Of a DNA stretch of 64,000 nucleotides, positions 28,601 through 40,000 are shown piece after piece. The notes below the pieces were generated by a model. It saw nothing but the letters and a program-made list of their open reading frames with translations, had not been told where the DNA came from and ran no database searches. The DNA is taken from IMG/VR virus record IMGVR_UViG_3300020394_000003, positions 32,001 through 96,000 of that record, one strand, 5' to 3'. Every line of letters begins with the position of its first letter. The stretch's first letter is position 1. Source of the stretch: a virus. Position numbers and translations under genes: made by a program.

Positions 28601-31600
28601 CTTTTTTAAATATCTGCTGGAATATGCAAAAGAGATTCTATTATATATTTTGTTTAGGCTACTGCTATACGTCCTAACTAAGATTGTGTTGATGCTGTTT
28701 GACTCGCTATGCAAGGCCTTACAGAAGTTAGGCGAGGCTGCTAGTAACGCACTGGCAGACGCAGCTTGTAATGCTATGTCTAACGCCGGCGGATTCTTGT
28801 CAGATGTATCGGATGAGATGCAAAAGGGAGAAACTACTGTTAATCGTGAAACGGGAATGACAGAAAACGTAGCCGGCTCTGCAATGTGTGAGACACCCCC
28901 ACGCGGCTTTGGAGACATGATCAGGGAAGCTTTCTGTGGCAAGGATGCTACGGATGCAGATGTGGAGGCAACAACCAACGAAGTTATGCGCGCAGTTGGT
29001 GGTGTCACGGAGGCCGACGCAGCGCGGATGGCAAATTCTGATGGCGTAAATCAGCTAGTTGCAGATATATCATCTGTACTTACCGGTGATGAGTTGGCCG
29101 ATCTTCTTCTTGGAAATCCAAACCCCGGCGCAATTCAAATGATAAGCGAGGTTGTCCAGACGGAAAATCCTGACTATATCCCAGCGTTTAACTCTCCCGG
29201 TCAAATCCGAGATATGATGAAAAGCATTGGTAACATGATGCCTATGGAGTTCCGTGCACAATTGCGAGATGAGTTGAGTGTTCCAAAGGGAGAAAGGCCC
29301 GCAAATCCAAACCTATGTACAACCCCAAATGACATTCAGAGGTTTAGAGACCTGCGCAATATGATTTTGACATCAAAAGATGGTACAACACTCGATCAGG
29401 CAAATCAACAATTTGATGCCTTAAGAGGCCGTGCACTTAACGATCTTGCTGAAGCTGGAGATTTATTACAAGGCGGTGTAGAAAACTTTATTGCTAACAA
29501 CCTTCCACCTATTTTGGGAGAACCAGATGAAAACGGGTGCGTACCACCAAATGCAATTATTCCTCGTGAACCAGAAGAACTGAGTGATTTGCTAGCAGCT
29601 TCTACAGACGCGTTATATGAAAACGTCAGAAGAGGATTTCGAAGAGATTTAACTGGAAGAAAGGGAGTATTAGACATGATTTTGTCTGATACTTGTGGTA
29701 TACCATATTCTAGGCATGAAAGAAAATCAAGTAGGTCTCTTCACTATTCTGATTATGATAGCGAAATTTTAGATAAAATCTTAGATGGTGATGATTCTGA
29801 TTTGCCTGTATTCATAGAAAACTTGCTTGAAAGAGAAAAAGGCGCTTATCCAAAATATGTCGCCCAATGGCTTGTCGACTACCTCAGAGAATCAAGGCAT
29901 TTAGGTGCCGGGTACCAATCAACGACAGAGTATGATCCAACTCAATATATGACTTATACTGGCGGCGATGAATACCCAACAGATGACAGAGGGGTTCCGT
30001 ATGGAACTGAAGAAAATCCAATTGTTATTGAGGGCGAAAAAGAACCCGATTTAATTTTGGAATTCCGAGATAATAATAAGGGTGTAGAACTAGATTACAT
30101 TACATCAACAGATTATCAATTTTCTGAAGGGTTTAATATAGAATACGGCTCTTATATCATAAATGAAGATGAAGATGGAAATCCTGTACCAAATACAGAT
30201 AACATTTATAAATTAAAAATTCTTGATGTCACAAATCAACTAGCAGATTTGCCTCGCCGCGCACGAAAGATCAAAGTAGATGAGCCACCAGATTTTAATA
30301 TGGATGAAGAGATCGCTTTAGAAGATGAGGTAATTGATCTAGAGATCTATGGCTCGTTATCTACTGAGGCAGAAGAACTTAGGCAACAATATGATCTCGG
30401 AGCGAACACTTCGGCTAGTCCTCAAAATAATCTGTGGAGCCAATACATGGCTGAAAAGTTTGCGTCGTTAGGGCTTAATGACGAGCAACAGGCCTTGTTC
30501 CAGACTAGCACATTGTTCTCTCCAGAGAATGCAAATCAAACATATGATAAAATTGTAAACTCTTTGATGGCATTTATGGGTCAAAACATCGCCGATAACA
30601 CACCGGCATGGTCATTTGGTTTTGACCCAGAAGACGACGGTGATTTAAATACATTTGATAAAGCATACATGTCGCCGGACTACCCTGAAGACAATAGATT
30701 GTTTCTTGAATGGGCTGGAACTACCTTGGTTGATCAACTTCATACTGAAGATAATAGGTACCGTCGCAATAATGGTAAACCAATTTGGTGGAAAATTAAA
30801 AGATACATCAAAGAAAATCAAATTATGGGCAAGTCAGCACATGACCGCATGTTTTTCTTAAGTCCTGCAGAATTTGGCGGAAGCTGGATGTGGCCACCAT
30901 ACTACATCGAGCCACCAAAATCTGAAGGCTGGCTAGCCATCCGCGAGGCTCTGGTTCCTGAGATTGATGGAAAAGAGCCAAAAAGAACTTCCGTATGTGG
31001 ATTTCAAGATATTAAAGATCGAGTAGACGAGCTAACAAAAAAGATGCCTGACGATCCTAGATTGTCAGAATGTCCAGACTGTGTTGTTGAGCTTCCGTAT
31101 TCTAGGATTCTTGACCGCGCCGCGGCATCAGGAATGGAAGGCCCTATTTTATCTATAATTAGAATTTATGTGCTCGAAGAAATGTTAAAGGCGATGCCTG
31201 TGTTCTCTAACTTCAAAGCAGTGATCCCAGATGTCATGGACTATACATATGTTGAATATATTATTGCAAAGATGAAAATTGATTTTACTGAAAATCTCGG
31301 CAGAAAACGTGGTTTCTTAAAAGGCGATGCACTATGGTACACCTTCCTAGAACAGTGTGTGCAATCTTACGGGCGCAGAATTCAGCTTGATGGCCTTGAA
31401 CCAACTGAGGATATTATGCAAGCCATGAATGCGCTTAACATTGTCCAAAAAGATTTTCACTATCCCGACGAAGAAGACCTAGCAAGAGCAAAATTCGCTG
31501 CTGGCTTAAACCCATGGGCCGACTTTGGCGTTGAGGTTGACGAGACTACACCTGAAATTATTTTTGGAAGAGAAGTCAAGTTGTTTACTAAGCTGGAACA

Positions 31601-33191
31601 CTACCGTCGATGGCACTTATTACAAGCTGTGAAAGACTCAGAGCAACACGCAAATGTAATTGTTCGTGCTCTTGTTGAAGAACAACTGGAATACATGGCA
31701 GAAAAGTTTGAAGAAGCATTAAAAAAGGTTGATCTTGCACCTGAAATCAAAGATATTCATCAATATTTTGTGGGCTCTAGTAACTTTGTTGCTGGTAATA
31801 ATGGTTTTGCGCCTGACCTGATGTCTTATACGGGCAACGGGGATGTTCTTAATGTTGCTGAAAACCTAGAAGATAATCCATTCAACACATATCAATCAGA
31901 GGATTGGGCACCACTACCAGTTGATGTGCAAGTTACTGATCAGGGTGAAACTCAAGCAGCGTCCATTAATCTTAGTTCTAGGATTGTAACGGGTGATTTT
32001 ATTCTAGAAAAATATATCAGAGTAGAGGATAAAAGCGAACTAGGGATCACAGACGAGATACCAGAGCCAATCCTCACACGTAGTGATTCTACCCGCGGCG
32101 TTGTGAATATAAATATTTGGAAGCAATTTTTAGAAAGTGCTCTGTTGACAGAACATAAAGATAAAAAGCTTTCTGAATTTTTCGGCGACCTAGAACTTAC
32201 TTACAATTACGATGAAGAGGGTAACCCAACAGGTGAGCCTACCGGAATTGATGGTTCAACAGGGGTAAGGTATGGTCTCAGATTGAGCTATGTACCGCCG
32301 GAAGATATGGCAAATGAATTAGAGCAAGCTTTCGAAGCCATGGCAGAAAGTGAATCTTGGGCAGATATTGAAGCAAAAGCATCTAAAGAGAAGGCCTTTT
32401 TTCTAGCGCCTCCAAATCTTACTATAGAAAACAATGGAATGTCTGTTAATTCTACTATATTGACTGATGATAGCGGCGATGAAGTGACGGCTACTAATGC
32501 TTCTGCAAGGGCACAAGATGTTTATAACAATGTTGAGGCTAGACTCGCGTCGGGCACCTATAATGGATATAGTCCAAAAGGCGCTAGATTCGTAATCCCA
32601 ATTGCTTATGCGGAATATGACGCGCTAGACCACACTCTAGAGCAGCACAAAGATAGCATTGATCAAGAAATGGATCTCAAGTGTCTTGTAAACGACCTAG
32701 TAGCAACTCCAGACTTTGAGCTTATTTTTAGATATGTCTTCCCGCTAAATAGAATTACATCTTTGATGAGTATCTATGTTGGTCGTGCATTCCTAGCGTC
32801 AATTGGTGAAAAAACTATGTCCACAACACAAGATAAATTAAAAGATGTCCTTAGCAACGGATACCCCAAGCCAGATCCTGAATCAGGAGAGTGGCAAATT
32901 TACAATATCAGAAAGTTTGTAGGCCGCGGCGGAGTTTCTTATGATCGATGGGACGACGATTTCTTGTTTCGAAGATCTAAGAGGCGACTAGTAAGAATGT
33001 TTAGGACCTATTATAAATCTAGAGACTTCTTATCAGGTGGAGATGACGAGGGCGATGGTCAAAGTGACTTCACCGCATCCGAGAAGGAACAAAAAAGAGA
33101 AAGAAAGAGAGGGGATAAGGGCTCTAAGAGATACTTCCGACGCTTACGCAGACGAGAACGAGACCGTCCTTTTGATAAAAATGGCGAATGA
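25620..33191 (+). CDS. 2523-aa acidic virion/baseplate-associated protein, function unknown
   Basis: Long uninterrupted ORF between the spike and gp25 genes, with helical hydrophobic segments and scattered Cys. Confidence 0.6.
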   Translation: MATHDKETSTSKSETSTTETQGNEYDYIDYQSLPADDSNCDVTAVDVEELIEDCPTCVPNPKAPVIDWTKRTDSEPFLNERKCTYSIVLRTKYEGTGGTGELQDRLDEYTEEGVIKLLAHYNKALDANTVAAMLSVAGATDHFVPPRPKLKMKVLIEIPANDFDKMPSAQEVPEDSTQSEEDAAADEQSIVYTATLEIEGLEEKFKQIEHGLSAYARFQVIYLKTQGGQVRFPGGQMVNLLQESRHFKKVYPAIVNFLRDKGFSLREGRGNNTLGKIPGGPKLANKVVIDFDDGYVVKKVTVLRHGTCEEKPTVFKGNKLYTLKNTYPFDRPTTMAFLPKIEEMTMDLRRREGMMPWTEFARTYVWPTPSIASGVDLTSAMAAFASAATGQATDKDMETLAKTAVTMSEADKISSQTPGSWKAAEDAYADYKERSGQDNYRGSALENRLEKWNDPDYTYEDTINDKTLDSKEQAAIACAIHEDGLKSVVGEAWDDFSEGFMDELFSIWDAVSYQFQNYLCMSPEERAKLLADLQSMRSQAMVAAFAEMMALMFGFVEMIQSFQESLDEIKDLKNLYSFAFDEIKLCGLFNLLMAFIECLAMGLDLEEMLQPLLAAALANMDVVPFEKLFVGLPPEVQAEVMAKVEADLGSHMMPWDAAKIQGKPDPAAETSFANKPSAGTVVSWGGPGTPLNAEKSAARQDPDNIKASDLAVARKLENAAKQIREGSVYYTDPDENGNSEKKYALTEAQAFEQAVMTNAAGVNDKLRAFAEAYNIDPYMDSVQIAQKLVDFANGSSTMSVNNLGVTQAGTVEADQTVEYQTRYEQAIQEYCKANYELQMAQLADDDPKPSYDEFKVSCRDTSEAKAYAEALATAYNAGLADDGTIGSNGPYGTRGSLGAALGSSVSTLISAYAQAILDYYVVNGILEDLKDFIEELPGAAFVAKIIAAIDCIVPPLFDPPLFDFLNTLEIDFCNNQYGIVLPRFSGIQLPNWKDFFKYLLEYAKEILLYILFRLLLYVLTKIVLMLFDSLCKALQKLGEAASNALADAACNAMSNAGGFLSDVSDEMQKGETTVNRETGMTENVAGSAMCETPPRGFGDMIREAFCGKDATDADVEATTNEVMRAVGGVTEADAARMANSDGVNQLVADISSVLTGDELADLLLGNPNPGAIQMISEVVQTENPDYIPAFNSPGQIRDMMKSIGNMMPMEFRAQLRDELSVPKGERPANPNLCTTPNDIQRFRDLRNMILTSKDGTTLDQANQQFDALRGRALNDLAEAGDLLQGGVENFIANNLPPILGEPDENGCVPPNAIIPREPEELSDLLAASTDALYENVRRGFRRDLTGRKGVLDMILSDTCGIPYSRHERKSSRSLHYSDYDSEILDKILDGDDSDLPVFIENLLEREKGAYPKYVAQWLVDYLRESRHLGAGYQSTTEYDPTQYMTYTGGDEYPTDDRGVPYGTEENPIVIEGEKEPDLILEFRDNNKGVELDYITSTDYQFSEGFNIEYGSYIINEDEDGNPVPNTDNIYKLKILDVTNQLADLPRRARKIKVDEPPDFNMDEEIALEDEVIDLEIYGSLSTEAEELRQQYDLGANTSASPQNNLWSQYMAEKFASLGLNDEQQALFQTSTLFSPENANQTYDKIVNSLMAFMGQNIADNTPAWSFGFDPEDDGDLNTFDKAYMSPDYPEDNRLFLEWAGTTLVDQLHTEDNRYRRNNGKPIWWKIKRYIKENQIMGKSAHDRMFFLSPAEFGGSWMWPPYYIEPPKSEGWLAIREALVPEIDGKEPKRTSVCGFQDIKDRVDELTKKMPDDPRLSECPDCVVELPYSRILDRAAASGMEGPILSIIRIYVLEEMLKAMPVFSNFKAVIPDVMDYTYVEYIIAKMKIDFTENLGRKRGFLKGDALWYTFLEQCVQSYGRRIQLDGLEPTEDIMQAMNALNIVQKDFHYPDEEDLARAKFAAGLNPWADFGVEVDETTPEIIFGREVKLFTKLEHYRRWHLLQAVKDSEQHANVIVRALVEEQLEYMAEKFEEALKKVDLAPEIKDIHQYFVGSSNFVAGNNGFAPDLMSYTGNGDVLNVAENLEDNPFNTYQSEDWAPLPVDVQVTDQGETQAASINLSSRIVTGDFILEKYIRVEDKSELGITDEIPEPILTRSDSTRGVVNINIWKQFLESALLTEHKDKKLSEFFGDLELTYNYDEEGNPTGEPTGIDGSTGVRYGLRLSYVPPEDMANELEQAFEAMAESESWADIEAKASKEKAFFLAPPNLTIENNGMSVNSTILTDDSGDEVTATNASARAQDVYNNVEARLASGTYNGYSPKGARFVIPIAYAEYDALDHTLEQHKDSIDQEMDLKCLVNDLVATPDFELIFRYVFPLNRITSLMSIYVGRAFLASIGEKTMSTTQDKLKDVLSNGYPKPDPESGEWQIYNIRKFVGRGGVSYDRWDDDFLFRRSKRRLVRMFRTYYKSRDFLSGGDDEGDGQSDFTASEKEQKRERKRGDKGSKRYFRRLRRRERDRPFDKNGE

Positions 33192-33204
33192 TACTGAAGC
33201 AAAA

Positions 33205-33212
33205 ACTATATA
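33205..33212 (+). promoter_or_regulatory. Candidate late-promoter motif RCTAnnTA (ACTATATA)
   Basis: Intergenic, upstream of gp25. Related motifs at 33653, 50007, 50023, 57614, 57630 and 60445. Confidence 0.4.
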
Positions 33213-33244
33213 CTTTATAATTAACTCAAGAGGAACACTCACCA

Positions 33245-33637
33245 ATGGCTTATGACGCTTCACTTCCATTCAGAAGAGATGAAACTACTGGATTTGCTAC
33301 AATCGATACTGTAGCCGACGCAGTACATCAGGATTTAAGAATATTGCTATTGACTACCCCGGGCGAAAGAGTCATGGACCCTTTATTCGGAGTTGGATTA
33401 AAAAGATTTTTATTTCAACCACTAGTGTTAGGTACCCTAGGAGATATTGAAGTACGTATCCGCAACCAAGTTAAGAAGTATTTAAATTTTATAACAATTG
33501 TAAATATAGACTTTTCTAGTGCACTAAGTACAGCACCGGGTACGTCAGTAACTGATATGGATGAAAACCTGCTGGGAATCACTATAAGCTATCAGTATGG
33601 TTATAATGAAGTAAGGGATTTGTATATAACAGCCTAA
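33245..33637 (+). CDS. gp25/GPW-like baseplate wedge protein
   Basis: QDLRILLLTTPGERVMDPLFGVGLKRFLFQ is the gp25 signature. Confidence 0.9.
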   Translation: MAYDASLPFRRDETTGFATIDTVADAVHQDLRILLLTTPGERVMDPLFGVGLKRFLFQPLVLGTLGDIEVRIRNQVKKYLNFITIVNIDFSSALSTAPGTSVTDMDENLLGITISYQYGYNEVRDLYITA

Positions 33638-33677
33638 AATTTAAAAATTTAGGCTAGTTAATGGATGGAGTTCTACG

Positions 33678-35483
33678 ATGTCAAAAGATAAAAGATTTAA
33701 CAGAAATATACGATACACAAACAGAGACTTTACATCTGTTAAAAATGATTTAGTAGAGCAGGCAAAGATTTACTACCCTGACACGTACAAGGACTTTAAT
33801 CAGGCTAGCTTTGGTTCAATGATGTTGGACTCAGTAGCATACGTTGCAGATCAGCTTAATTTTTATTTAGACTATCAGGCCAATGAAAGCTTTATTGATA
33901 CGGCTGTCGAATATGAGAATGTTGTAAGGCACGCTAAGAGTTTGGGATACAGATGGAAGGGCGCCCCTTCTAGCTTAGGCGTGATTTCCATGTATGTCAT
34001 TTGCCCCGCCGCAGGTCTCGGAATGGGAGTAGATTTAGATTATGTCCCAGTGCTAAAAGCCGGCGCCCAATTCACATCACAGTCGGGCGGCAGCTTTTTA
34101 TTAATGCAAGATGTGGATTTTTCTTTAAGTTCAAATGAAATCGTAGCTGCTAGAAAAGACTCCACAACAGGTTTACCTACACACTATGCGATCAAAGCAT
34201 ATGGTAAAGTCATTTCTGGCGAAATTATGAGAAAAACAGTTAATGTTGGCAGCTTTCAAAGATTTAGAAAAATTCAAGTAGGTTCGTTAAGTAACGTGTC
34301 GGAAATTTTACGTGTCACCGATGACGAAGGTCACGAATATCATCAAGTTGAATATCTATCACAAGACGTTATTTACAAAGAAGTTGTTAACAAAGATGCT
34401 CGCATCTCTGGGGTACCATCCGTGATGCGCCCTGTCTCTGTTCCTAGGAGATTTATTATTGAAACAGAAGGTAACGATCTCTATATTCAGTTTGGCCATG
34501 GCTCAGACTCAGAAGCAGCCTCTCCATCAGTGGTAGAACCTACAAACTTAACGCTGCAGCAGTTTGGAAGAAGCTATATTACGGATGAATCTTTTGATCC
34601 CAATAACTTATTATCAACGGATAAACTAGGAATTAGTCCGTCAAATACAAGAGTGTATGTGATTTATAGAATCAATAGTCAGACCACTGCAAATGCAGCA
34701 GTTGGAACAATAACAAAGGTTGGCAGCAACGAAATGTTATTTAGGGCCGAGCACGAACTGAGTCAAAAAAAGGTAAGGGAAGTAAGAAGATCTTTAGAGT
34801 CTTATAATGAAGAAGCAATCGTGGGGGCAATTACGCTTCCCGATACTGACGATATTAAAAGAATGGTGTACGATAACTTTGCAACTCAAAACAGGGCTGT
34901 CACAAAACAAGATTACTTATCACTAGCATATTCTATGGATCCAAAATTTGGCAAAATTAAACGATGTAACATCATGAGAGATCCTGATTCATTAAAAAGA
35001 AATTTAAATATGTATGTTTTAGCTGAAGCACCAAATGGAAAGTTATCGGTTGCAAATGACTCATTAAAAAGAAACTTAAAAACTTGGCTAAATCAATATA
35101 GGATGATCAATGATACAATTGATATTCTAGATGGAAAAATTTTAAATTTTAGAATTGATTTTGATGTTGTGGGGCACAGAGACTATAATAAGCACGATGT
35201 TTTAAATCAATGTGTAAAAGTGTTGAGAGATGAATTTGCACAACCAAAATATATGGGTGAACCATTTTATATTTCTGATATTCAGAATATGTTAAACGAT
35301 GTAGATGGTGTTACCGACGTTAAGATGGTTAAAGTTACATGCATGAATGGCGGAATTTATTCCGATTCTTTTCTTGACATAGCACAACAAAAGTCCGCAG
35401 ATGGAAGATATATCGTAATTCCAGAAAACTGCGCAGTAGAAATTAAATATCCAAGAAACGATATTGTGGGGACAATTACATAA
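33678..35483 (+). CDS. Baseplate wedge subunit (T4 gp6/baseplate J-like)
   Basis: YTNRDFTSVK..L; LDSVAYVADQLNFYLDYQANESFIDTA; IQFGHG; QNRAVTKQDY; DVDGV. Confidence 0.88.
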   Translation: MSKDKRFNRNIRYTNRDFTSVKNDLVEQAKIYYPDTYKDFNQASFGSMMLDSVAYVADQLNFYLDYQANESFIDTAVEYENVVRHAKSLGYRWKGAPSSLGVISMYVICPAAGLGMGVDLDYVPVLKAGAQFTSQSGGSFLLMQDVDFSLSSNEIVAARKDSTTGLPTHYAIKAYGKVISGEIMRKTVNVGSFQRFRKIQVGSLSNVSEILRVTDDEGHEYHQVEYLSQDVIYKEVVNKDARISGVPSVMRPVSVPRRFIIETEGNDLYIQFGHGSDSEAASPSVVEPTNLTLQQFGRSYITDESFDPNNLLSTDKLGISPSNTRVYVIYRINSQTTANAAVGTITKVGSNEMLFRAEHELSQKKVREVRRSLESYNEEAIVGAITLPDTDDIKRMVYDNFATQNRAVTKQDYLSLAYSMDPKFGKIKRCNIMRDPDSLKRNLNMYVLAEAPNGKLSVANDSLKRNLKTWLNQYRMINDTIDILDGKILNFRIDFDVVGHRDYNKHDVLNQCVKVLRDEFAQPKYMGEPFYISDIQNMLNDVDGVTDVKMVKVTCMNGGIYSDSFLDIAQQKSADGRYIVIPENCAVEIKYPRNDIVGTIT

Positions 35484-37027
35484 TGGCTGTTAAAAGATAT
35501 TGGGCATTGAAAGATAACACTATCACCAACGCCTACGAATCAAATTTACAATATCGAGCGACCGGCTCAAACATGGGCGGGTCAGATGTTCTTGAAGTAT
35601 TTAGTGTTTACCAGCAGGCAGGAACATCATCCTCAGATCAGGATGAGTTTGCAAGGATCCTAATTCAATTTCCAATTACAGGCTCAAACCTGCAAAATGA
35701 TTATACTTCAGTAAAAAGAGATCGAGTACTAGGGAATATTCCAGCTTCAGGAAGTGTAGAATTTTATCTTAAAATGTATAATGCACGCCATTCTTTAACC
35801 ACTCCCCGTGACTATAGTCTTGTAGTAGCTGCTCTTAACAAAGATTGGGATGAGGGCAGCGGTTTAGATATGGACAACTACACTGATGTTTTGTACGGCG
35901 ATATGAAGGGCTCTAACTGGATCTCATCTTCACTGGGAACAAAGTGGACATCAGCCGGCGGTGATTGGGATAACGATGATTCTCTAGGTGTAACCGCCTC
36001 TTTTTATACTGGCGTTGAAGATATGGAAGTTAATGTAACACCGCTTGTTGAAAACTGGATTGCAGGTACAAAGAACAACTATGGAGTAATTGTACGGCTA
36101 GCCCCCGATCTAGAGTCTGCAGAAAAATCATATTACACTAAGAAATTTTTTGGAAGAACATCTGAATTTTTCTTTAAAAGACCGGTATTGGAAGCTCGCT
36201 GGAATTCGGCCACTAGGGATGACAGAAATAATTTTTATTATAGCAGCTCAGTCGCTACATTATCAGACAATCTAAATACACTTTACTATTATAACTTTGT
36301 ACGCGGCCGCCTCCGAGCGATTCCACTCGATGCAGGCTCTGAAGTCGTAGTGAGTCTGTACACGGCTTCCCCAGATGGCACCCCAAGCGCCACGGATGGT
36401 AAAATCGCCCTCTCAAAGGGTGGAGGTGTCGTCGCTGCCGGTGATGTTAACGCAACCGCTAGCGTATCATCAACCGGAGTTTATACTGTATCATTATCTG
36501 CAACTGGTTCTAAAAGTTCGCATTCGACACTGTATGATGTGTGGCAAATTAGAAAAGCGACCGATCAGGGAGTAGATGGGTATACACAGATTTATACAGG
36601 AAGCATCAAGCCCAAATCGGATACTGGTGCGACGTGGAACAGAAATCGAACTTACGTTACAACTGTTCCAAATCTTAAGAAAACTTATCACAGAACAGAT
36701 ACAGACCGACTAAGACTTTACACTAGAGAAAAAGACTGGAGTCCAACTATTTATAATAAGGCAAACAATACGATTGAAAGATCAATCATCGAAAGTGGTT
36801 CATATAGAATTACAAGAAATATTGATAAACTAGTAGTACTACCATTTGGTACGGGATCTGAGATGCACACTCAAATGTCTTATGATGTTTCAGGCAATTA
36901 CTTTGACGTAGACTTTTCGATACTAGCATCGGGGTATTCTTACACAATGGACTTCAGTTTTTATGATGACTCAATAGGCGACTGGATAGTGCAGCCACAA
37001 AAGTTTAAGTTTAGAGTTGACGAATAG
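35483..37027 (+). CDS. Virion structural protein with DNRLRE-like beta-sandwich
   Basis: KDNTI, ARILIQF, WDEG.G, NVTPLVENW...NYG, RPVLEARW. Confidence 0.55.
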   Translation: MAVKRYWALKDNTITNAYESNLQYRATGSNMGGSDVLEVFSVYQQAGTSSSDQDEFARILIQFPITGSNLQNDYTSVKRDRVLGNIPASGSVEFYLKMYNARHSLTTPRDYSLVVAALNKDWDEGSGLDMDNYTDVLYGDMKGSNWISSSLGTKWTSAGGDWDNDDSLGVTASFYTGVEDMEVNVTPLVENWIAGTKNNYGVIVRLAPDLESAEKSYYTKKFFGRTSEFFFKRPVLEARWNSATRDDRNNFYYSSSVATLSDNLNTLYYYNFVRGRLRAIPLDAGSEVVVSLYTASPDGTPSATDGKIALSKGGGVVAAGDVNATASVSSTGVYTVSLSATGSKSSHSTLYDVWQIRKATDQGVDGYTQIYTGSIKPKSDTGATWNRNRTYVTTVPNLKKTYHRTDTDRLRLYTREKDWSPTIYNKANNTIERSIIESGSYRITRNIDKLVVLPFGTGSEMHTQMSYDVSGNYFDVDFSILASGYSYTMDFSFYDDSIGDWIVQPQKFKFRVDE

Positions 37028-37038
37028 CGAGATAAAAT

Positions 37039-40000
37039 ATGGCAATCAAAGATTTATTTGAGAAACCACAGCAAGTACTGAGTTCGGCAGATTCCGAAAA
37101 GACAACCAAAGGAAAGGTCGAATCAATCGACAACCTTGATGCAGTACTGCGTCAAAAAGAAGAGTTTGTTCCTTATATCGATCACTCCTCTGCATCTAAT
37201 TTCGCCATCTATGGCTCTGCTGAAAAATACTATGAAGATGCTTTCACGGCAATCTATCGACAATATCCTTATGACGGTTCCGCTCACGAAAAAAAAGAGT
37301 ACGAATTAAACATAAATTATCTAACAAGGTATATTCTAGATAACAAATATCCTAGAACAAATGGTTATATTACGCTAGGACTGAATAATACGTATTCGGG
37401 CCTATCAGGTTCATACGGCAATGTAGCCTCCAGCGAATATATTAAGGTTGTAGGGGGCCCGCACACAGCATCAAACCTTCAATATGATGTTGAGGGCATG
37501 ATTGGACGCCCTCTTTACGAAACTTTCAAATACTCAAATAAGCTTGCTTCTAATCCATATGAACTAGCTGGCTTAGCTAAGGGGCAAAACTTAGGCTCAC
37601 AGCTTTCAAACTTGAGGTTTAATGCCTCAGACGGAATGACTGTTGAATTCTGGCTTAAAAAGACTGCCTTTGATCCAACAAAGACCAAAAGAGAAGTTGT
37701 ATTTGATCTTTGGAATGGAAAAAATCATGTAGGGGCAGATCCTGATTTGTCATCTGGTAGATTTTTGATTGAGCTTTCTAGTAGTGACGGTGGCCCCTTT
37801 AGGCTTACATGTGTTTCTGGTTCTACTTCTTTGGCATCCGATCTTGCAATTTGTAGCACTAGTATAACCGGCGGCATAGTTGCCAACGGCGGCTGGAATC
37901 ATTATGCTGTGTCTCTTAAATCATATCCTTCTAGCAATGAGACATTGGTTAAGTTCTATGTCAATGGCGATTTGGATAAGCAGACAACAATTAGCGGCTA
38001 CATTAACGAAGTTACAGGCGGCTTAAACGCATACATTGGTGCCCTGCAAACAGGTACCGCTCTTGGCGGCGCCGCTGGTTACGGGCTGCTTAGTGCGTCT
38101 TTAGACGAGTTTCGATACTGGAAGGAGGCACGAACATCAGAGGATATTGGTAGAAACTGGTGGACTCAAGTAAATGGAGGATCAAATACTGAAACTGCAA
38201 ACACAAGCCTAGGTGTATATTATAAATTTAATGAAGGTATTGTACAAACCTCCGCTGCAGATACCGCTGGTTATGCTTTTGATAAAAAGATTTTGGACTA
38301 CTCTGGTCGCGTATCAAACGGAGTTTGGGTTGGGTACCCGGGCCTCCCACATCGTGCTAGAAGTACAAATTCGGCCATTGTGGAAGCGAATGTGGCAGCA
38401 ACAGAATTTAAAGACCCAATTCTATACAGTACACACACTAGAGTTAAAAATTTAAGAACCGAGCTGATGGCTAGCGGTTCGATGTGGGATGATGAAAATA
38501 ACGCATCACTGTTGAACGCACTGCCATCTTTTATGCGAGAAGAAGACGAAGAGATAGGGGACGGAACATTAACGAATACATTACAAATGATGGGTGCATA
38601 TTTCGACAAGATCCATCATTTAATTGATGCATTGCCAAAAGTTAGAGCTACATCGTATCTTACAGCATCAGCAAAGCCCTATCCTTTCGCCACTCATTTG
38701 CTGGAAAGTATTGGGTTAAACGCCCCTGAACTTTTTGTACAGGCGAATGTGCTAGAGTCGTTTGCTCAAAGAGATGAAGACCGTCCGTATACGCAAGATT
38801 TAACAGAGCTTAAAAATCTTATTTATCAAAACATTTACAATAACTTAACATACATTTACAAGTCCAAGGGTACTGAAAAGTCTATTCGAAATATTGTACG
38901 TTGTTTCGGAGTAGACGAAGAACTTATTCGACTTAATTTGTATTCTAGCAATTTAACTTATGAGTTAAAAGATAATACTAGAACTAAAACAGTAAAATCA
39001 AAATGTGTTAATTTTAATGACGTTGATAAATTTGACTCTACAATATATCAAGCGGCAGATCCTGACAATGCAAATACTTCGGCGTATATTACTGGATCCG
39101 GCCCGACAACAGTAACCGCATCTTTAGGTAAAGAAGATTTGCTTGGAATGACTGTGGAGGGAGAATTCATTTTCCCAATCAAGCTTACTAGGCGAGATTT
39201 CGGATATTTTGACACCCCATTTACAAAAGTGTCTCTATTTGGCATGCATACGCCAACAAAGAATGGTAATTCATTTGACACCAAAGACTATGCAAACTTC
39301 CAAGTTCAAGCTATAAAACCGAATGCAGAATCTAACCATGCATATTTTAAGCTTACCTCAAATTATGACCCGTACCCAATTCCAGAGCTAACATCCAGCT
39401 TGTTTAATGATGTATACGACAATCAAAGATGGAACCTATCTGTTAGAATTAAACCACTTGATCCCGTAACTAACTTTGTACAAGACAATCAGGTTGATAC
39501 AACGTTTAACCCGCTAGCAAGAATGTGCCAAAACTACGAAGTTCACTTTTATGGCGTGAACATGGAAACAGGATACCCAGAGCATACCTTCCACCTTTCG
39601 GGAACCATGGAGGCACATAAAGCTAGAGATTTTCTGAGAGCTTCAAAGAAAATCTATGCCGGTGCCCACAAACAAAACTTTAACGGCGCCACAATCGATC
39701 TCTCAGATGTTAAAGTATCGAACATTAAATACTGGGCAACTTGTTTAGATAATGAAGATTTACTAGCACATGCTAGCGATCCAGAAAATCACGGTGTTAC
39801 AGATCCATACAAGAATGTTGCTTTACAGGTTGCGAGCCTTAATAAATGGCACATTCCAAAAATTGATACTTTAGCCCTTAACTGGACATTTGAAAACTGT
39901 GTTGCACCATCTTCTGATGCAGGCGACCCATCAACTGACGACTCGTTTTTCTTCGTGGACGACATCTCATCGGGCTCGTCAGAAGCGGTTGCTTCCGCAA

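Noticed and set aside
34986-35080. Short internal repeat (DSLKRNL twice) in gp6
   Set aside because: Only two imperfect ~23-nt copies within coding sequence, with no sign of a functional array.
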